Notes: generated from the sequence alone by a model not told the origin. Shown: positions 1 through 12,300, numbered from the stretch's first letter. The stretch is 64,000 nucleotides of DNA from Mustelus asterias (GCF_964213995.1 NW_027590890.1:62001-126000); one strand, 5' to 3'. Program-made: numbers and translations.

Positions 1-695
1 AAATGTCATCGATGTATCTAGTGTATAGCATCGGTTGAAGGTCCTGTGCGGTGGAGAGGTCTTGTTCGAACCTGTGCATGAAGATGTTGGCATATTGAGG
101 TGCGAATTTGGTCCCCATGGCTGTTCCGTGTGTCTGGATGAAGAACTGGTTGTTGAAGGTGAAGACATTGTGGTCCAGGATGAAGCGGGTGAGTTGTAAA
201 ATTGCATCTGGAAACTGGCAGTTGTCGGCGTTGAGCACTGAGGCCGTTGCAGCAATGCCATCGTCGTGGGGGATGCTGGTATAGAGTGCCGAGACATCCA
301 TTGTGACGAGGAATGTTCCTGGTTCAACTGCTCCATGTGTGCTGAGTTTCTGTAGGAAGTCTGTAGTGTTGCGACACAAGCTGGGAGTTCTTTGTACAAT
401 GGGTTTCAGGATGCCCTCGACATAGCCGGAGAAGTTCTCGCACAGGGTTCCATTGCCTGATACGATGGGACGGCCGGGTGTGTTGGCCTTGTGTATCTTC
501 GGGAGGCAGTAGAGATCTCCAACGTGGGGAGTACGTGGGATGAGAGCACGGAGGGTGCTCTGAAGGTCCAGATCAAAGGTCATGATCAGTCTGTTGAGCT
601 GACGGGTGTGTTTTTTGGTCGGATCTGCGGGTAACTGTCTGTAATGTTCCCCGTTGTTCAGTTGTTGGTACACTTCTTTGCAGTAATCCGTTCTG
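1..695 (-). mobile_element. Penelope-like retroelement, inverted 5' segment (RT core), runs off window start
   Basis: Minus strand translates RTDYCKEVY...LYCLPKIHKANTPGRPIVSG...LVTMDVSALYTSIPH...QTHGTAMGTKFAPQYANIFM...RYIDDI. These are PLE RT motifs, and the 3' part matches 55261-55570 of the second copy. Confidence 0.92.
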
Positions 696-1888
696 CACCG
701 CAAGCCCATGGATAACCTCACGATGCTCCACTTCTCCAGCTTCCACCCTAAACACGTTAAAGAATCCATCCCCTACGGACAAGCCCTCCGTATACACAGG
801 ATCTGCTCGGATGAGGAGGATCGCAACAGACACCTCCAGATGCTGAAAGGTGCCCTCATAAGAACAGGATATGGCGCTCGACTCATCGATCGACAGTTCC
901 AACGTGTCACAGCGAACAACCGCACCGACCTCCTCAGGGACACGGTGGACAGAGTGCCCTTCGTCATCCAGTACTCCCCCGGAGCGGAGAAGCTGCAACA
1001 TCTTCTCTGGAGCCTTCAACACGTCATTGATGAAGACGAATATCTCGCCAAGGCCATCCCCACACCTCCACTTCTTGCCTTCTAACAACCGCACAACCTC
1101 AAACAGACCATTGTCCGCAGCAAACTACCCAAGCCTTCAGGAGAACAGTGACCACGACACCACACAACCCTGCCACAGCAACCTCTGCAAGACGTGCCCG
1201 ATCGACACGGATGCCATCATCTCACGTGAGAACACCATCCACCAGGTACACGGTACCTACTCTTGCAACTCGGCCAACGTTGTCTACCTGATACGCTGCA
1301 GGAAAGGATGTCCTGAGGCATGGTACATTGGGGAGACTATGCAGTCGCTACGACAACGGATGAATGAACACCACTCGACAATCACCAGGCAAGACTGTTC
1401 TCTTCCTGTTGGGGAACACTTCAGCGATCATGGGCATTCGGCCTCTGATCTTTGGGTAAGCGTTCTCCAAGGCAGCCTTCACGACACACGACAGTGCAGA
1501 GTCGCTGAGCAGAGACTGATAGCCAAGTTCCGCACACACGAGGACGGCCTCAACCGGGATCTTAGGTTCATGTCACAATATCTGTAACCCCCACAACTTG
1601 CCTGGACTTGCAAAATCTCACTAACTGTCCTGTCTAAAGACAATACACATCTCTTTAACCTGTGCTTAACGCTCTCTCCATTCACATTGTCTGTACCTTT
1701 AAGACTTGATAACCTGTAAAGACTCGCATTCCAATCATTATTTTGTAAATTGAGTTTGTGTTTTTAAAAGCCCCGTTTGTGAACAGAACTTCCACTCACC
1801 TGAAGAAGGGGCAGTGCTCCGAAAGCTAGTGGCTTTTGCTACCAAATAAACCTGTTGGACTTTAACCTGGTGTTGTGAGACTTCTTAC
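693..1888 (+). mobile_element. Penelope-like retroelement 3' segment (RT thumb + GIY-YIG endonuclease + 3' UTR), disrupted
   Basis: ORFs 708-1085 and 871-1587 contain SIPYGQALRIHRICS, NVVYLIRCRKGCPEAWYIGET and a conserved HF motif. There is an in-frame TAA at 1083-1085 plus frameshifts. Highly similar to 55731-56939. Confidence 0.93.
1792..1832 (+). ncRNA. Minimal type-I hammerhead ribozyme in Penelope 3' end
   Basis: CCACTCAC-CTGAAGA-A-GGGGC-AGT-GCTCC-GAAA-GCTA-GTGG: CUGAnGA and GAAA core boxes, a stem II, and palindromic AGCT at stem III. Hammerheads are established PLE features. Confidence 0.75.
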
Positions 1889-2042
1889 AAGGTAAATCAG
1901 GACAATCGGTTTTTAGTCTCAGACCTTCAGTGTCAGATTGGCAGCGCCACAGGGATTAAACAACATAGAATAAATTAAAAATAAACAGAATAAAACATCA
2001 GAAAAACCCAGAGTCTGGTTCCTGTATTAAAGGGGTTCAGCT

Positions 2043-2693
2043 GCCAGGTTCGTTTTTCAGAGACCCTTACGTACTTGATGCAAGAGCAAGACACTGATCT
2101 GTATAAGAAAACCCAGTCCTTTATTTTCAAGCAAGTACAAGCTTTTGGAGGATCGCTTTACTAACTCAGCACAGTGCTGAACTTCGCCGAGCAATACTCT
2201 CTGAACAGGGAGCAGTCTCTCCCTTTATACTCTTTTTTTCAGCAATTAGTCACGTACACACAGTATAACTTCACCCAGATTACGTGCTTAGCAACAGCAA
2301 GAGTAAATACAAAGATAGTATATGAGTTAAACCATAAATATGTCGAAAAACCACCCCCGGTTGCCATTGAAACTGCACGTCCACCATTGCTCGAGTGTGA
2401 GATAGCAACCGTTCCCATATTTCTTGGGACGCTGTTTTGCCATAAAGCGAATGTTATCTCCTTCAGACAAGGACAGCATTAGCCGCATTGATATTTGCAA
2501 GGCCGGGGTGACAGTTCAGAATAGGGAATATGTGCTGGTATCAGCACAAATTGTTCCAAACAACACAGCTTTCAAGCTAAGAATTTACTTCACTTTATCT
2601 TACAGCAACCAGCTGCACTTCTGCAGGAGCTCACTTTTTTTTTCACAAATGACCAAGATCATAGGAGATTCATGGGATGTTAACTCCTTAACA
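2043..2693 (-). mobile_element. ERV 3' LTR
   Basis: On minus, PPT AAAAGGAGGGAATGAGA immediately precedes TGTTAAGG (2693). TATA-like GAGTATAAAGGG at ~2221-2232 and AATAAA at ~2120-2125. The left end is approximate. Confidence 0.75.
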
Positions 2694-2734
2694 TCTCATT
2701 CCCTCCTTTTATCATTCCATGATAACACTAACCT

Positions 2735-4060
2735 CTTTAGAGGGGAACTTGTGCTCTGTGATATGCTAGGCATTGGCAGACACCCTGCAATAAGCCTAGC
2801 AGTAAGCAAACTACCAGGATAATGACTCGCAGGTGCATCAACATCCCTCCCCAGTCTCCAAAGAGGTTACTAAAAGGCCACCAGCCAGGAGGATTGGAGT
2901 TCTTAAAGTTTTGCACTTCAGCCCTAATTTTGTCAGTGGTCTCTTTTTAATATGCTCAGCTAAATCAGTGATATTGTGGGAGGCGTCTGGAATGTATGTA
3001 CAGCGCTCGGAGCCTATTAGGGCACAGGTGCCTCCTGTTGCTGCCAACAAGTAATCTAAAGCCATTCGATTTTGGAGTGCCACCGTCCGTATAGCTACGA
3101 CTTCAGCTGAAACTTCGGAGATAGCGGTGCTCACATCCTCTAATCCATCCGCAGTATCATTAGCTATTTTCTCAAGAGCTGATGCCATATTGATCAGTTC
3201 TCGAGCTGCTATGGCGGTCCCATAGGCAGGAAAGGCTATCATCCAAAACCGTTGAGCTTCGGTGATGGCCTGTTTAAATCTTAACAGATGTATCTTGGGG
3301 TGGAGATGCAGGGAGTCATAATGTCGGACATAGGGGACCACATACGCGAGATAGCAAGATCCAGACCAGTCCCAGGGAAGCCAAGGGTAGGCGTTATCTC
3401 CACAGACAAAATAGGTGCCACTGTACCCTACCATATCGTCTAATAGGCTGGGATTGGCTGGGAAACTGTTGTCATTGGGGCATGTGATTTTTCTCCCTTC
3501 TCAACCCCAACCTTCACATTCCTTTGATAAGGCGGCGGCGTTCTGTATGAACATCCCAGTTTCTGTAGTGGAACAAGAAACATTTTTTTTCTTTCCGACT
3601 GGGATAGGTAATAAACTGCTGAATGCAGTAGCTACGGCCAACGGGGATGGTTCCGTTTCTTATCAGACAGATAGATCCTGTTTGTTGATTTTTTACAACA
3701 AAGTGGCGTGGGGAGTCTGATCTATCGTAGTTGGGTTGGTAATGGTTCTTAAAATAATTTGTTATATTACACCTCTCTGCAAGTTGAGCAATATTTTTGC
3801 CGGAAGGTACCCATAGAGGAGCGTCCTGTCCGTTAACCTTTATGAAACCTATAGGATCGAACACAGCCCTCATTCCACTTTTAGTCTTGTTTTGATGCAA
3901 AATCCATTCTATCGTTTCCTGGGGGTTGAGAGGATTAGGGAACAGAGGAATCCTTTCTGTAGCATGTGGTGGTATGTGTGAGCAGACACAACACCCACTT
4001 ACATTAAACTTTACAGCAAACTCGTAAGACATGTACAAAGTGTTAGAGTGAAATCGTCCA
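2735..4060 (-). pseudogene. env: ERV env (SU-TM), frameshifted
   Basis: ORF 2838-3434 has the fusion-peptide region and heptad repeat, immunosuppressive domain LQNRMALDYLLA and degenerate CX6CC (CALIGSERC). The furin site is altered to RFKQ. The SU CxxC-like motif GCCVCSHIP is in ORF 3514-4167, and the membrane anchor is in a shifted frame near 2760-2830. Confidence 0.9.
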
Positions 4061-4099
4061 TTAGTCAGTCCTTCTTTCCGGTTTCCTTTCCGTTGATCC

Positions 4100-5230
4100 G
4101 GTTGTCCTTGTGCCTTGATTGCAGTTGGAGTCTGGAAGAGAACTTGGAACGGGCCTTTACACGTCAATCCCAGTTTTTTATTAGCACGAGGTCTCCTATC
4201 AGTGGTCCAGGGAAGTAGTCCTGTGGGTCAGAATCTTGATCTGGTGTCCGTGGGGTTGATCCAAAGCGCACTGTACCTGTGAATGGAGAAACTTTAAAGG
4301 CAGCGTTAGCTGCTGGAAGTACTTCTGCATTTCCTCTCCCACAATGTGTAAATCTATCTGGGTGGACGGGCTTGTATTGGCGTCCCAAGGTGTTCTACTG
4401 GGTCGGCCATAAATTATCTCTGCCGCCGAGAGTCCAGTAGTAGAGTGGGGCGTTATTCTCATGTGGTACAGAGCTAGGGGCAAAACCTTTAACCAGTTAA
4501 GGCCGGTTTCGGATGTTAACTTAGTCAATTTAGCTTTAAGAGTTCCGTTAGCTCTTTCCACTATTCCTGCAGACTGGGGGTGGTAGGCACAGTGGAATTG
4601 TTGTTGGATGTGTAATGCATCTCACAATTCCTTATTGACTTTTCCTACAAAGTGGGGGCCATTATCTGAACTAATTTGTCGAGGCACCCCAAACCTTGGT
4701 ATTACTTCAGTTAGCAACAATTTTACTACCGTCGAGGCCTTGTTATTTGTTGTTGGGAAAGCCTCTATCCATCTACTAAATACACCAACAATCACAGGAC
4801 AATACTGATAGCAAGGTACACGCGGCAATTCAATAAAATCTAGCTGAATACATTCAAACGGTCCACCTGGCAAGGGTGTTCATCCTGGCGAGCATCTCAC
4901 CCCTTGACCAACATTGTTTTGCTGGCATGTCAAACATGATGCTATACGAGACTGGGCTGCCTCAGCTAGTCGGGGGTGCCACCGTTACAGAGCAGAATAC
5001 CACTCATTCCCTCCTTGCCAAGGTGGGTATCAGAATGAAGACAATAAGCAAAGGCAACAAAGCATCATGTTTACACACTTGGCCGATTGGAGTAACCCAA
5101 AGGCCTGATGACGCAGAATGTGAACATCCATGCACCTTCCAAATGTCCTTTTCAGAGGCAGGGCCGTCCCTGTCAGCGCTGAACAGTGACAATATCTGGG
5201 ATGCCCGTCGTGTTCAAAGAAAATTAAGCT
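4100..5230 (-). pseudogene. pol: ERV integrase (class I, gamma/epsilon-like), disrupted
   Basis: Contains THLGKEGM...CLTCQQNN zinc finger, PGGPFECIQLDFIELP, SRWIEAFPT, ISSDNGPHF, ERANGTLK, TPHSTTGLSAAEIIYGRP and a GPF/Y C-terminal motif. Stops and frameshifts are present. Confidence 0.92.
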
Positions 5231-6979
5231 CTTCATGTGAGCCAACCAAAGTATTACCTGCAGAAGAACAAGGCAGTGAAAGATGTACCCAGACACTGTG
5301 CACTCTTAATACTTTTGTACAAATTCTAATACAAATAGTTTTTAATTTTTTAGTGAAGGGAACTTCAGGGATCATGTCACAGTGAGAGATCGAACCTTTT
5401 TTAAATAGATAATTTTATTGATCCTGATTGCCAGATTATTAATTTATTCCCAAAAACATCAGTTACTTTTAGGATAAATTTAATCCCTGTTAATATTGTT
5501 CAATATTCACTCTGCAGTAACCGGTTCCCAGGTGCAGGCATGGAGTGACTGAACTTGTCTGAGGTTCACAAACAGCAGCGCCTGCAGTAGCTGTGGGCCG
5601 CCAGCAGATGGTGGCATTGTGTGACTTTAATCTCAAGATAGTGAAAGAGGGTTTTTTTCTGGTTTCCCCCATGGGTTTTAAAAGGATCCTGTCCCTCTCT
5701 CCCTGATGTAACTTTATTATTGGAATCGGAAGGGGGAAATACCACTGCCACAAATTTAACATCACGCAATTAATTGTACATAAAAGGATAAAAGGGGTGT
5801 TTACTGACTTTGAAAAGTGCTGAATAACCAAGGTGGACAAGCACGAGTCTATAAGAAGGTGCATCTGTTCCCTCTTTGCTCTCAATATGGAGACTCAGAG
5901 CGGGAACTGCGAGAGCTTAATTTACGGTACCAACAACAGTACGAGGGCTGAGAAGGACTTGGCGTATTTTTACACAATGTTGCCTTCCACTGTGCATCTC
6001 TCAACAGTAAGTTGACCATTATGGATTCAGGAGCGTTTACACAAACCACTTTCTGCCAATTTAATACAAATTGTCTGAATTCATTTCCAAATGTTTCAGC
6101 AAACTTAATTGCTAACCCGCAGAAGAAAAAAACTGACCAATGTTGAAAATTATACCGGAAATTATTGAGCCAATGAGACATTTTCTAATTAAATTAGCTA
6201 AATGTAAATGACTCCTGTACACAATGGGCCATTTACAGAGTAAACTTCAATTGGCATCTTTCAAATTGACCTAAAAAGGGCTAGAAGAGTTGAGCCTCAA
6301 TATACTGGTTACATTGTCTAAGTTCCAGTTAACTCCAGTTGTATCAGCTTGTGTTGGTAATTGTGTTGGTATTTTCCCCCGACACATTACTTTCAATACC
6401 CTAATCTGGTAAAGTTGGCTCCCATTTTGTATAAAAACCTTACTAGTTTTTCATACTTCCAAGGTGTAAATGAAAGTTTCTGACTCAAAAAATGCATAAT
6501 GGGGACTTAATCTGCCACTGAAATGTCTTAAGTTTGGTGTAGGTGAGCCGGGAATACATGCTCAAGCAGCTGCTTTTTAACTTGTACTTATATTTTTTAA
6601 ACTCTTTCCTACAGTTGCACATCTTTCTTTTGCAACCAGCACTGAAAAGGCTGAGCTTCCTTCAGTTTTTCTGAGTGAAAATATTTTGGTGTTACAAATA
6701 TAAATTGTTTAATGAGCCACTTAAGTCTAGAAATTCAAAAATCACAACCACTGCATTCACTAACTTTGTGTGCACCTCACCAGTATTTCTTCTGTTATAA
6801 TGTCACTCCTGATTAAAATTTTTGGGAAAATATTTGTTGCACAATGAGGCCAAATAGGGATTTGTTTGCAGTCCCTACAATGAAAGTAATTCCTTGTACC
6901 TGGAGCACCTTGAAATATTTCTGTAGCAATGTCATCAGGTGCTGCGCGAATGCAAATTTTGTTTTTTTAACTGTTTGGT

Positions 6980-7483
6980 TGGGGTTGGATTTGGGGAGCG
7001 GTCGGAGCGCGAGGTTACCTTCTCCAATCCTCCTGTTGTTCGTCAGTATCGGTATTTTGGAACAACTTTGGCATGCCAGATGTGTCAGGAGGTACCTCCG
7101 GTTTTTTATCTTTCCTTTGTTCAGCTTGCCATTCTAATCCTTGTTCTCGGTTTCGTCTCTCATACTTCTCACATTCCCACTTCAACATTTCCCAGGTTTT
7201 CGAGTTTCCCTCATTATCACATTCACTGATCCCTCTCCTACGTGTGTTATCCCCCCCAGCTGGCCAGCTTTCATTTCTCGGTTAATTCATGGGCTCTCGA
7301 ATAGCCTCTTCTGTTTTAATACATTGATCTACAACCCAAGTTTCCCCTTGTGGCCAATTTTCATTTCCCAGTTTTTTTAAGACACCCTGACAAGCTTCTG
7401 AGTAGCTCCTCGTCTTTCCGGTTTTCACGACACATTTTATATAAAGGGGTCCCATCCCCTGACTTATCCAAAGTTTGACCCAT
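6980..7483 (-). pseudogene. gag: ERV gag 5' remnant (matrix + PTAP late domain)
   Basis: ATG at 7483 gives MGQTLDKS (gamma-type myristoylation start). A WPQGET-like segment follows a frameshift, and PRAPTAP is present with PTAP at 6994-7005. No capsid, protease or RT is seen downstream. Confidence 0.6.
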
Positions 7484-8019
7484 TGTTAAGAGACTTTGAC
7501 CACTTGTACTTCACGCTCTGCAGTGCCTTGTTGCCTCTACGCCCACTTCAGTGTCCTGACCTTCGGTCCAAGGCTGCGTGTTTGAGACTGGCACCTCCCT
7601 TCGATCGGCACAAGCAGTCACGTCTCCAACTTCACCTCATTCCCACCCTTTACTTTTTTTCTGCCACAAGAACAAACAGGCTTTCTTTCAATCTATTGCA
7701 ACGACAAGCAACCAGACCACACAAACACACTGAAATACAAAAACTACTCAAATTATTAGGTCAACCTCAGATTTTCTCTAATCAATTTTCCAATTAATTT
7801 ATAATATTTCCCTAGTAATTTGAGAGAACATAGTTCCTTTCTCTCAAAAATCTGTAACACACACTGCACACTCCCTCCCTTTTAAAAAAAGCAATTGCTA
7901 CCGACCGAGGGAGTCGAACCTCAATTACTCCCGGACTGGGGCCTCTAAACCCGAACCTTTACCTCCCTCGGTGGGCTCTTGCGAACATCCACCTTTAACA
8001 CCTAACCCTCAAACCGGGG

Positions 8020-8565
8020 GGATGTCTCTCCCTTTATCCTCTTTTTACAGTAATTCGTCATGTACACAGTATTACTTCAGCCAAATCACGTTTTTAGCCA
8101 CAGCAAAATACAAAGACAGTTGAAAAAACATAAATATGTCGAAAAACCCCCCCGGTTGCCATAGAAACCACACGTCCACCATTGCTCCAGTGTGAGATAA
8201 TAAATGTTTCCCATATGTCTTGGGACTCTATTTTGCACATAGAACGAATTCTATCTTTCAGAAACAAGGACACATTAGGAGTTGATATGGGGAATATGTT
8301 ACCAGCAAAAATTGTTCCAGACAGTTTTAAGCTTATCTGCATTTGCAAGTTCAAAAGTTTGCTTAGCTCGCACACTTTTTTTAAGTTAAAAAACCAAGAT
8401 CATAGCAAATTCATGGGATGTTAACCCCTTAACATCTCATTCCCTCCTTTTATCATTCCATGATAACACTAACCTCTTTAGAGGGGAACTTGTGCTCTAT
8501 GATATGCTAGGCATTGGCAGACACCCTGCAATAAGCCTAACAGTGAGCAAACTACCAGGATTATG
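8020..8565 (-). mobile_element. Second LTR U3 copy preceded by PPT and env 3' tail
   Basis: 8433-8563 is nearly identical to 2694-2823. 8020-8432 is a diverged copy of 2215-2693 and ends just after the TATA, with no R/U5/PBS. Confidence 0.75.
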
Positions 8566-8589
8566 AACCCTCCCCACCCCCCCCCGATT

Positions 8590-8760
8590 CAGTTTAAAGT
8601 CCTAGTTAGTTATGCGATTCGCTAGGACTCTGGTTCCCAGCATGATTCAGATGGAGACTGTCCCATCGGAACAGGTCCCTTCTCCCCCAGTACTGGTGCC
8701 AATGTCCCATAAATTCAATCCCATTTCACCCACACCAATCTTTGAGGCACGCATTTAGCT
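8590..8760 (-). mobile_element. CR1 LINE ORF1 (SGNH esterase-like) fragment
   Basis: Minus translation LNACLKDWC*..FMGHWHQYWGRRDLFRWDSLHLNHAGTRVLANRIT, a DGLHL-type motif. Confidence 0.65.
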
Positions 8761-9574
8761 GCTTCATTAAACAGAAACAGAGAGAGCATCTACTCATTAA
8801 CACTAACTGTTTATGCACATCATAAAAACATAACATTCAAAACAGGATAGAGATCGCACTGTAAAAATATAACATTCGTCGGCACTTAGCTTGGACTGAG
8901 TAATACACAGAATGTGGACCATAAATTATGCAAATAATGCTGTGAAAGTGAAGGAATTGCAGAGTGAAAATTTGTAACCACAAGATTCATAAATTAATGC
9001 AATGATGCTGGGTCGCAGCTACACGCACCCAGGGAGTGGTTTCTAAATACAAAAACAGTGCAAATGTAAGGAGGCTGTTCTGAACAGTTATAAATCACTA
9101 GTTAGACATGAGCAGCAGAATGGTGTCCAATTCAAGGCACCACACATTAAGATGTCAGGCTCATGGAGAGAGGGCACATGGAGATGCTGCTGTAAAGGGA
9201 GTTTGTGAAACCTCTTCCATGTTCATCACTGGGAGCACCATCACGACAAGGACTGCAGTGGCTCAAGCAGAGATGGACACTAAATGGGGCCCTGGCAGCA
9301 TCACCCACACTGACAACAAGTTAATAACTTCATCAGAAACTCTGATGTTCCCATTCACTCATCAACAGGATATTTTGTGAGTTACCATCTCACACAGGGA
9401 GTGATCAATGCTAAAGGTGTTTCTGTATGCTCCTGTCAGTGGGTTTGGACACAGTCTGTCACAGGAATGTTGATAATGGCAGGTTCTTCACAGGTGAAGA
9501 TCATGCAAAGTCTTGTCTCTGTGAAAGTCAGCATAATATATCCTCATCAAGTTCTGCTTTTGACATTCTGGAAC

Positions 9575-9860
9575 CCTCCGTGTGGAGCTATTACAAGGGG
9601 GAATAACTATAGGGTTCGTGGTGGGAGATATAGGAAGGATATCAGAGGTAGGTTCTTTACGCAGAGAGTGGTTGGGGTGTGGAATGGACTGCCTGCAGTG
9701 ATAGTGGAGTCAGACACTTTAGAAACATTTAAGCGGTTATTGGATCGGCACATGGAGCACACCAGGATGATAGGGAGTGGGATAGCTTGATCATGGTTTC
9801 AGATAAAGCTCGGCACAACATCGTGGGCCGAAGGGCCTGTTCTGTGCTGTACTGTTCTAA
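9575..9860 (+). mobile_element. CR1 LINE 3' end
   Basis: RGNNYRV...RFFTQRVVGVWNGLP...FKRLLDRHM, followed by GGGCCGAAGGGCCTGTTCTGTGCTGTACTGTTCTA tail. Confidence 0.85.
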
Positions 9861-10327
9861 GTCTAAGTGTGTGACACACACTCTGCCCAGTGTAATTGGT
9901 GTTGGAAGAGAAGGTATTCAGTTCTGGACAGATTGGTGCTGTTGAGAACATCATTGTTTGTGATGTAGTTCTGCCGTCTGCTGTTCATGATGGATCGAGG
10001 GCAGTGTTGATGGAAGCTCTCCATTTGTTTTCTGTACAGAACCCATCATTCTGACCCACTCAAGAGGGCAGTAATGACAATCTCTCTGTAAACCCGAGTT
10101 CTGTTAGACACGGGTAGTGAATGGTTTCAACACACAGTCAAGAGGTGGCCAAAGGAGCTGTTAGTCTTCGACAGTCGATTGTCAATGTCCTCGTCGACAG
10201 TAATACTGAGATACATTAAATAAATACTGATTGGAAACAATTACAGAAGGGATTTTGGCATCAGTCGGTTTTCTTGAGGCTGTGGTGGTTACCCAGGGCT
10301 GTGCAAAGTGATTCAGTGCAAAGTGAT

Positions 10328-10496
10328 TCAGTGCTGGACAGTCCCATTCCCCAGAAGGTTTTGTTCTCCAGCCGCTCCATCCTGATGCTCAGGTGCTGTT
10401 GTCACAAGGCCCCGTGCTTCACCTGAACAGGTCACCTCTGTCAAAGGGACATCATTAGATGCTTCATTTTGATCGATCGTGTGTCTGTTTTGATTC
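10328..10496 (-). CDS. B7/BTN-like gene exon 6 (cytoplasmic tail, stop)
   Basis: Acceptor tgtttgttctcttctag|GAATC. The phase-2 join CG+G gives Arg, then NQNRHTIDQNEASNDVPL...LLGNGTVQH-TGA. Confidence 0.7.
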
Positions 10497-10989
10497 CTAG
10501 AAGAGAACAAACAGCAGAGTTCAGAATGAAAAGAATCCAACACTTTGGCCAGGTGAGTAAAGGAGCCGTTCAGGAGCACAGACCCATTAAATTCCACTCA
10601 ACATCCTGGGTCCCAATGGCAGCTGGAAAATGGGTCACAGGAGCTGCACGGTGATGGAGCACAGAGTGTAGAGGAGAGGAGGCTTATCGGGGAGGCAACG
10701 GGCAAGAGCTGGACACTCCACAGGAGCTGTGCTGACCCACAGAGGGAGGGTCAGAGGATAGAGTTAGAGAACCCTGCAATAGTTCCTGCTGCCACTGTGA
10801 GGGGTGTGTGTGGGGATAGGCGGTGAGCACGGAGATGTGGATATTGAGTGAGACAAGGAAATCCGAGATGGCTTTCCCAGTGACTGAATCCTCTGATGTC
10901 CGGGTTAAGGGGGAGGTCTGAAAAGTGCAGGAGGAGATTGAACTACAACGTACTGCATTTACATAGCACCTTTAGAGGAAATCCAGAAA

Positions 10990-11510
10990 TGCTTCAGAGG
11001 AGAGATCAATGAATACTCGGAATTTGAGACAGGGGGAAAAACAGAGGGAGAGGCAGAGAATTCCGGAGTTATTATTTAGTTTGTAGTATAGGGGTGTCAC
11101 AGGCTGGGCCTGCATTTATTGTCCATCCCTAATGGTAATTAAGAGTCAACCATTGCTGTGGGTCTGGAGTGACATGTAGGCCAGATCAGGTAAGGATGGT
11201 AGATTTCCTTCGCTATAGGACATGAGCCCCAGGCAGCTGAAAGCATGGCCACCAATGGTGGAGCGATGGGGACTGAGGTACGCACCAAGTGGACAGAATT
11301 GGAGTGCGGAGGATTGCGTGGTTGGCTCAGTTACAGAGATGAGGAAGGGGTGAGGTCAGAGGGGAATGTGGAAACTAGAATGGGAATGTTAGAATTGAAC
11401 CAGTCAATGAGGACGGGGGTGATGTCAGAATAGTTCAGACTAGAATAAATTACGTTATTGATGAGGGTTTCAGGAGCCAATGAGCTGAGGCAAAATGTTC
11501 GACCCCTTGT
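10990..11510 (-). mobile_element. Old LINE (L2-like) fragments
   Basis: Degenerate LINE-like sequence recognised by pattern only, with no intact ORF. Confidence 0.35.
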
Positions 11511-11597
11511 CCTCAGACTGTGACCAATAGTTTCATTCGCTATCTGCGTGTGGGGAAGGGGGTGTGTGAGTGTGTCTGTCTGTGGAGGGAGGAGGGT

Positions 11598-12300
11598 GAC
11601 CCTGTCAAGGCCACTGGGAATATTATGCGTTTCAATGAGATCACCTCTCATTCTTCCAGACTCCTGGGAATATTGGCCGGTTCTCCTAACAGCACAGACA
11701 CAGCTCAGGAACCATTAGGGAAGCAATGTGTCACACCTCCTCCACATTAGGAACATCCTCTTCCTTGGGTAAGGAGACCAGGTTAACTTTGATTCATTTA
11801 CATTGGACAAGAACGCTCAAAACCTTCACAATGCCCACATTTCCCAGTCTCTCACTCTGAATATTCTCCTTTTCCATTCTTCCCACCAACGTGGATAATT
11901 CACACTACCCACATTATACTCCCTGTTCCACCTCCGTGCCCAGTCACCTGACCTGTTAATATCTCTGTATCTTCCTCACCGCTTACTCTCCCACTTTCTA
12001 TCGTCAGTAAACTTGGACACATCGCACTCTCTCCCCTGATCAAAGACATTGATATGGATTGTGATCAGCTGAGGCTCCAGCACTGATCCCGGCAGCACCA
12101 GTTACATCCTGCCAACCAAAAATCACCCATTGTCTCTCCTCTGTTTCTGTCCATTCACCAATCCTCAATCCATGCTACATTACCCCCAATCCCCTGAGCC
12201 CATGTCTTGCGGAACAACCTATTGTGTGGCACCTTATCAAATACCTTCTGAAATCCCAGATACATTCCTCATCCACTGGTTCTCCCAGTGGGATAATATT
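11598..12300 (-). mobile_element. Degenerate CR1 LINE RT 3' fragment
   Basis: RGDLIETHNIPSGLDRV motif, with FDKVPHNRL-like and KFTDD-like RT remnants further right. Confidence 0.7.
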
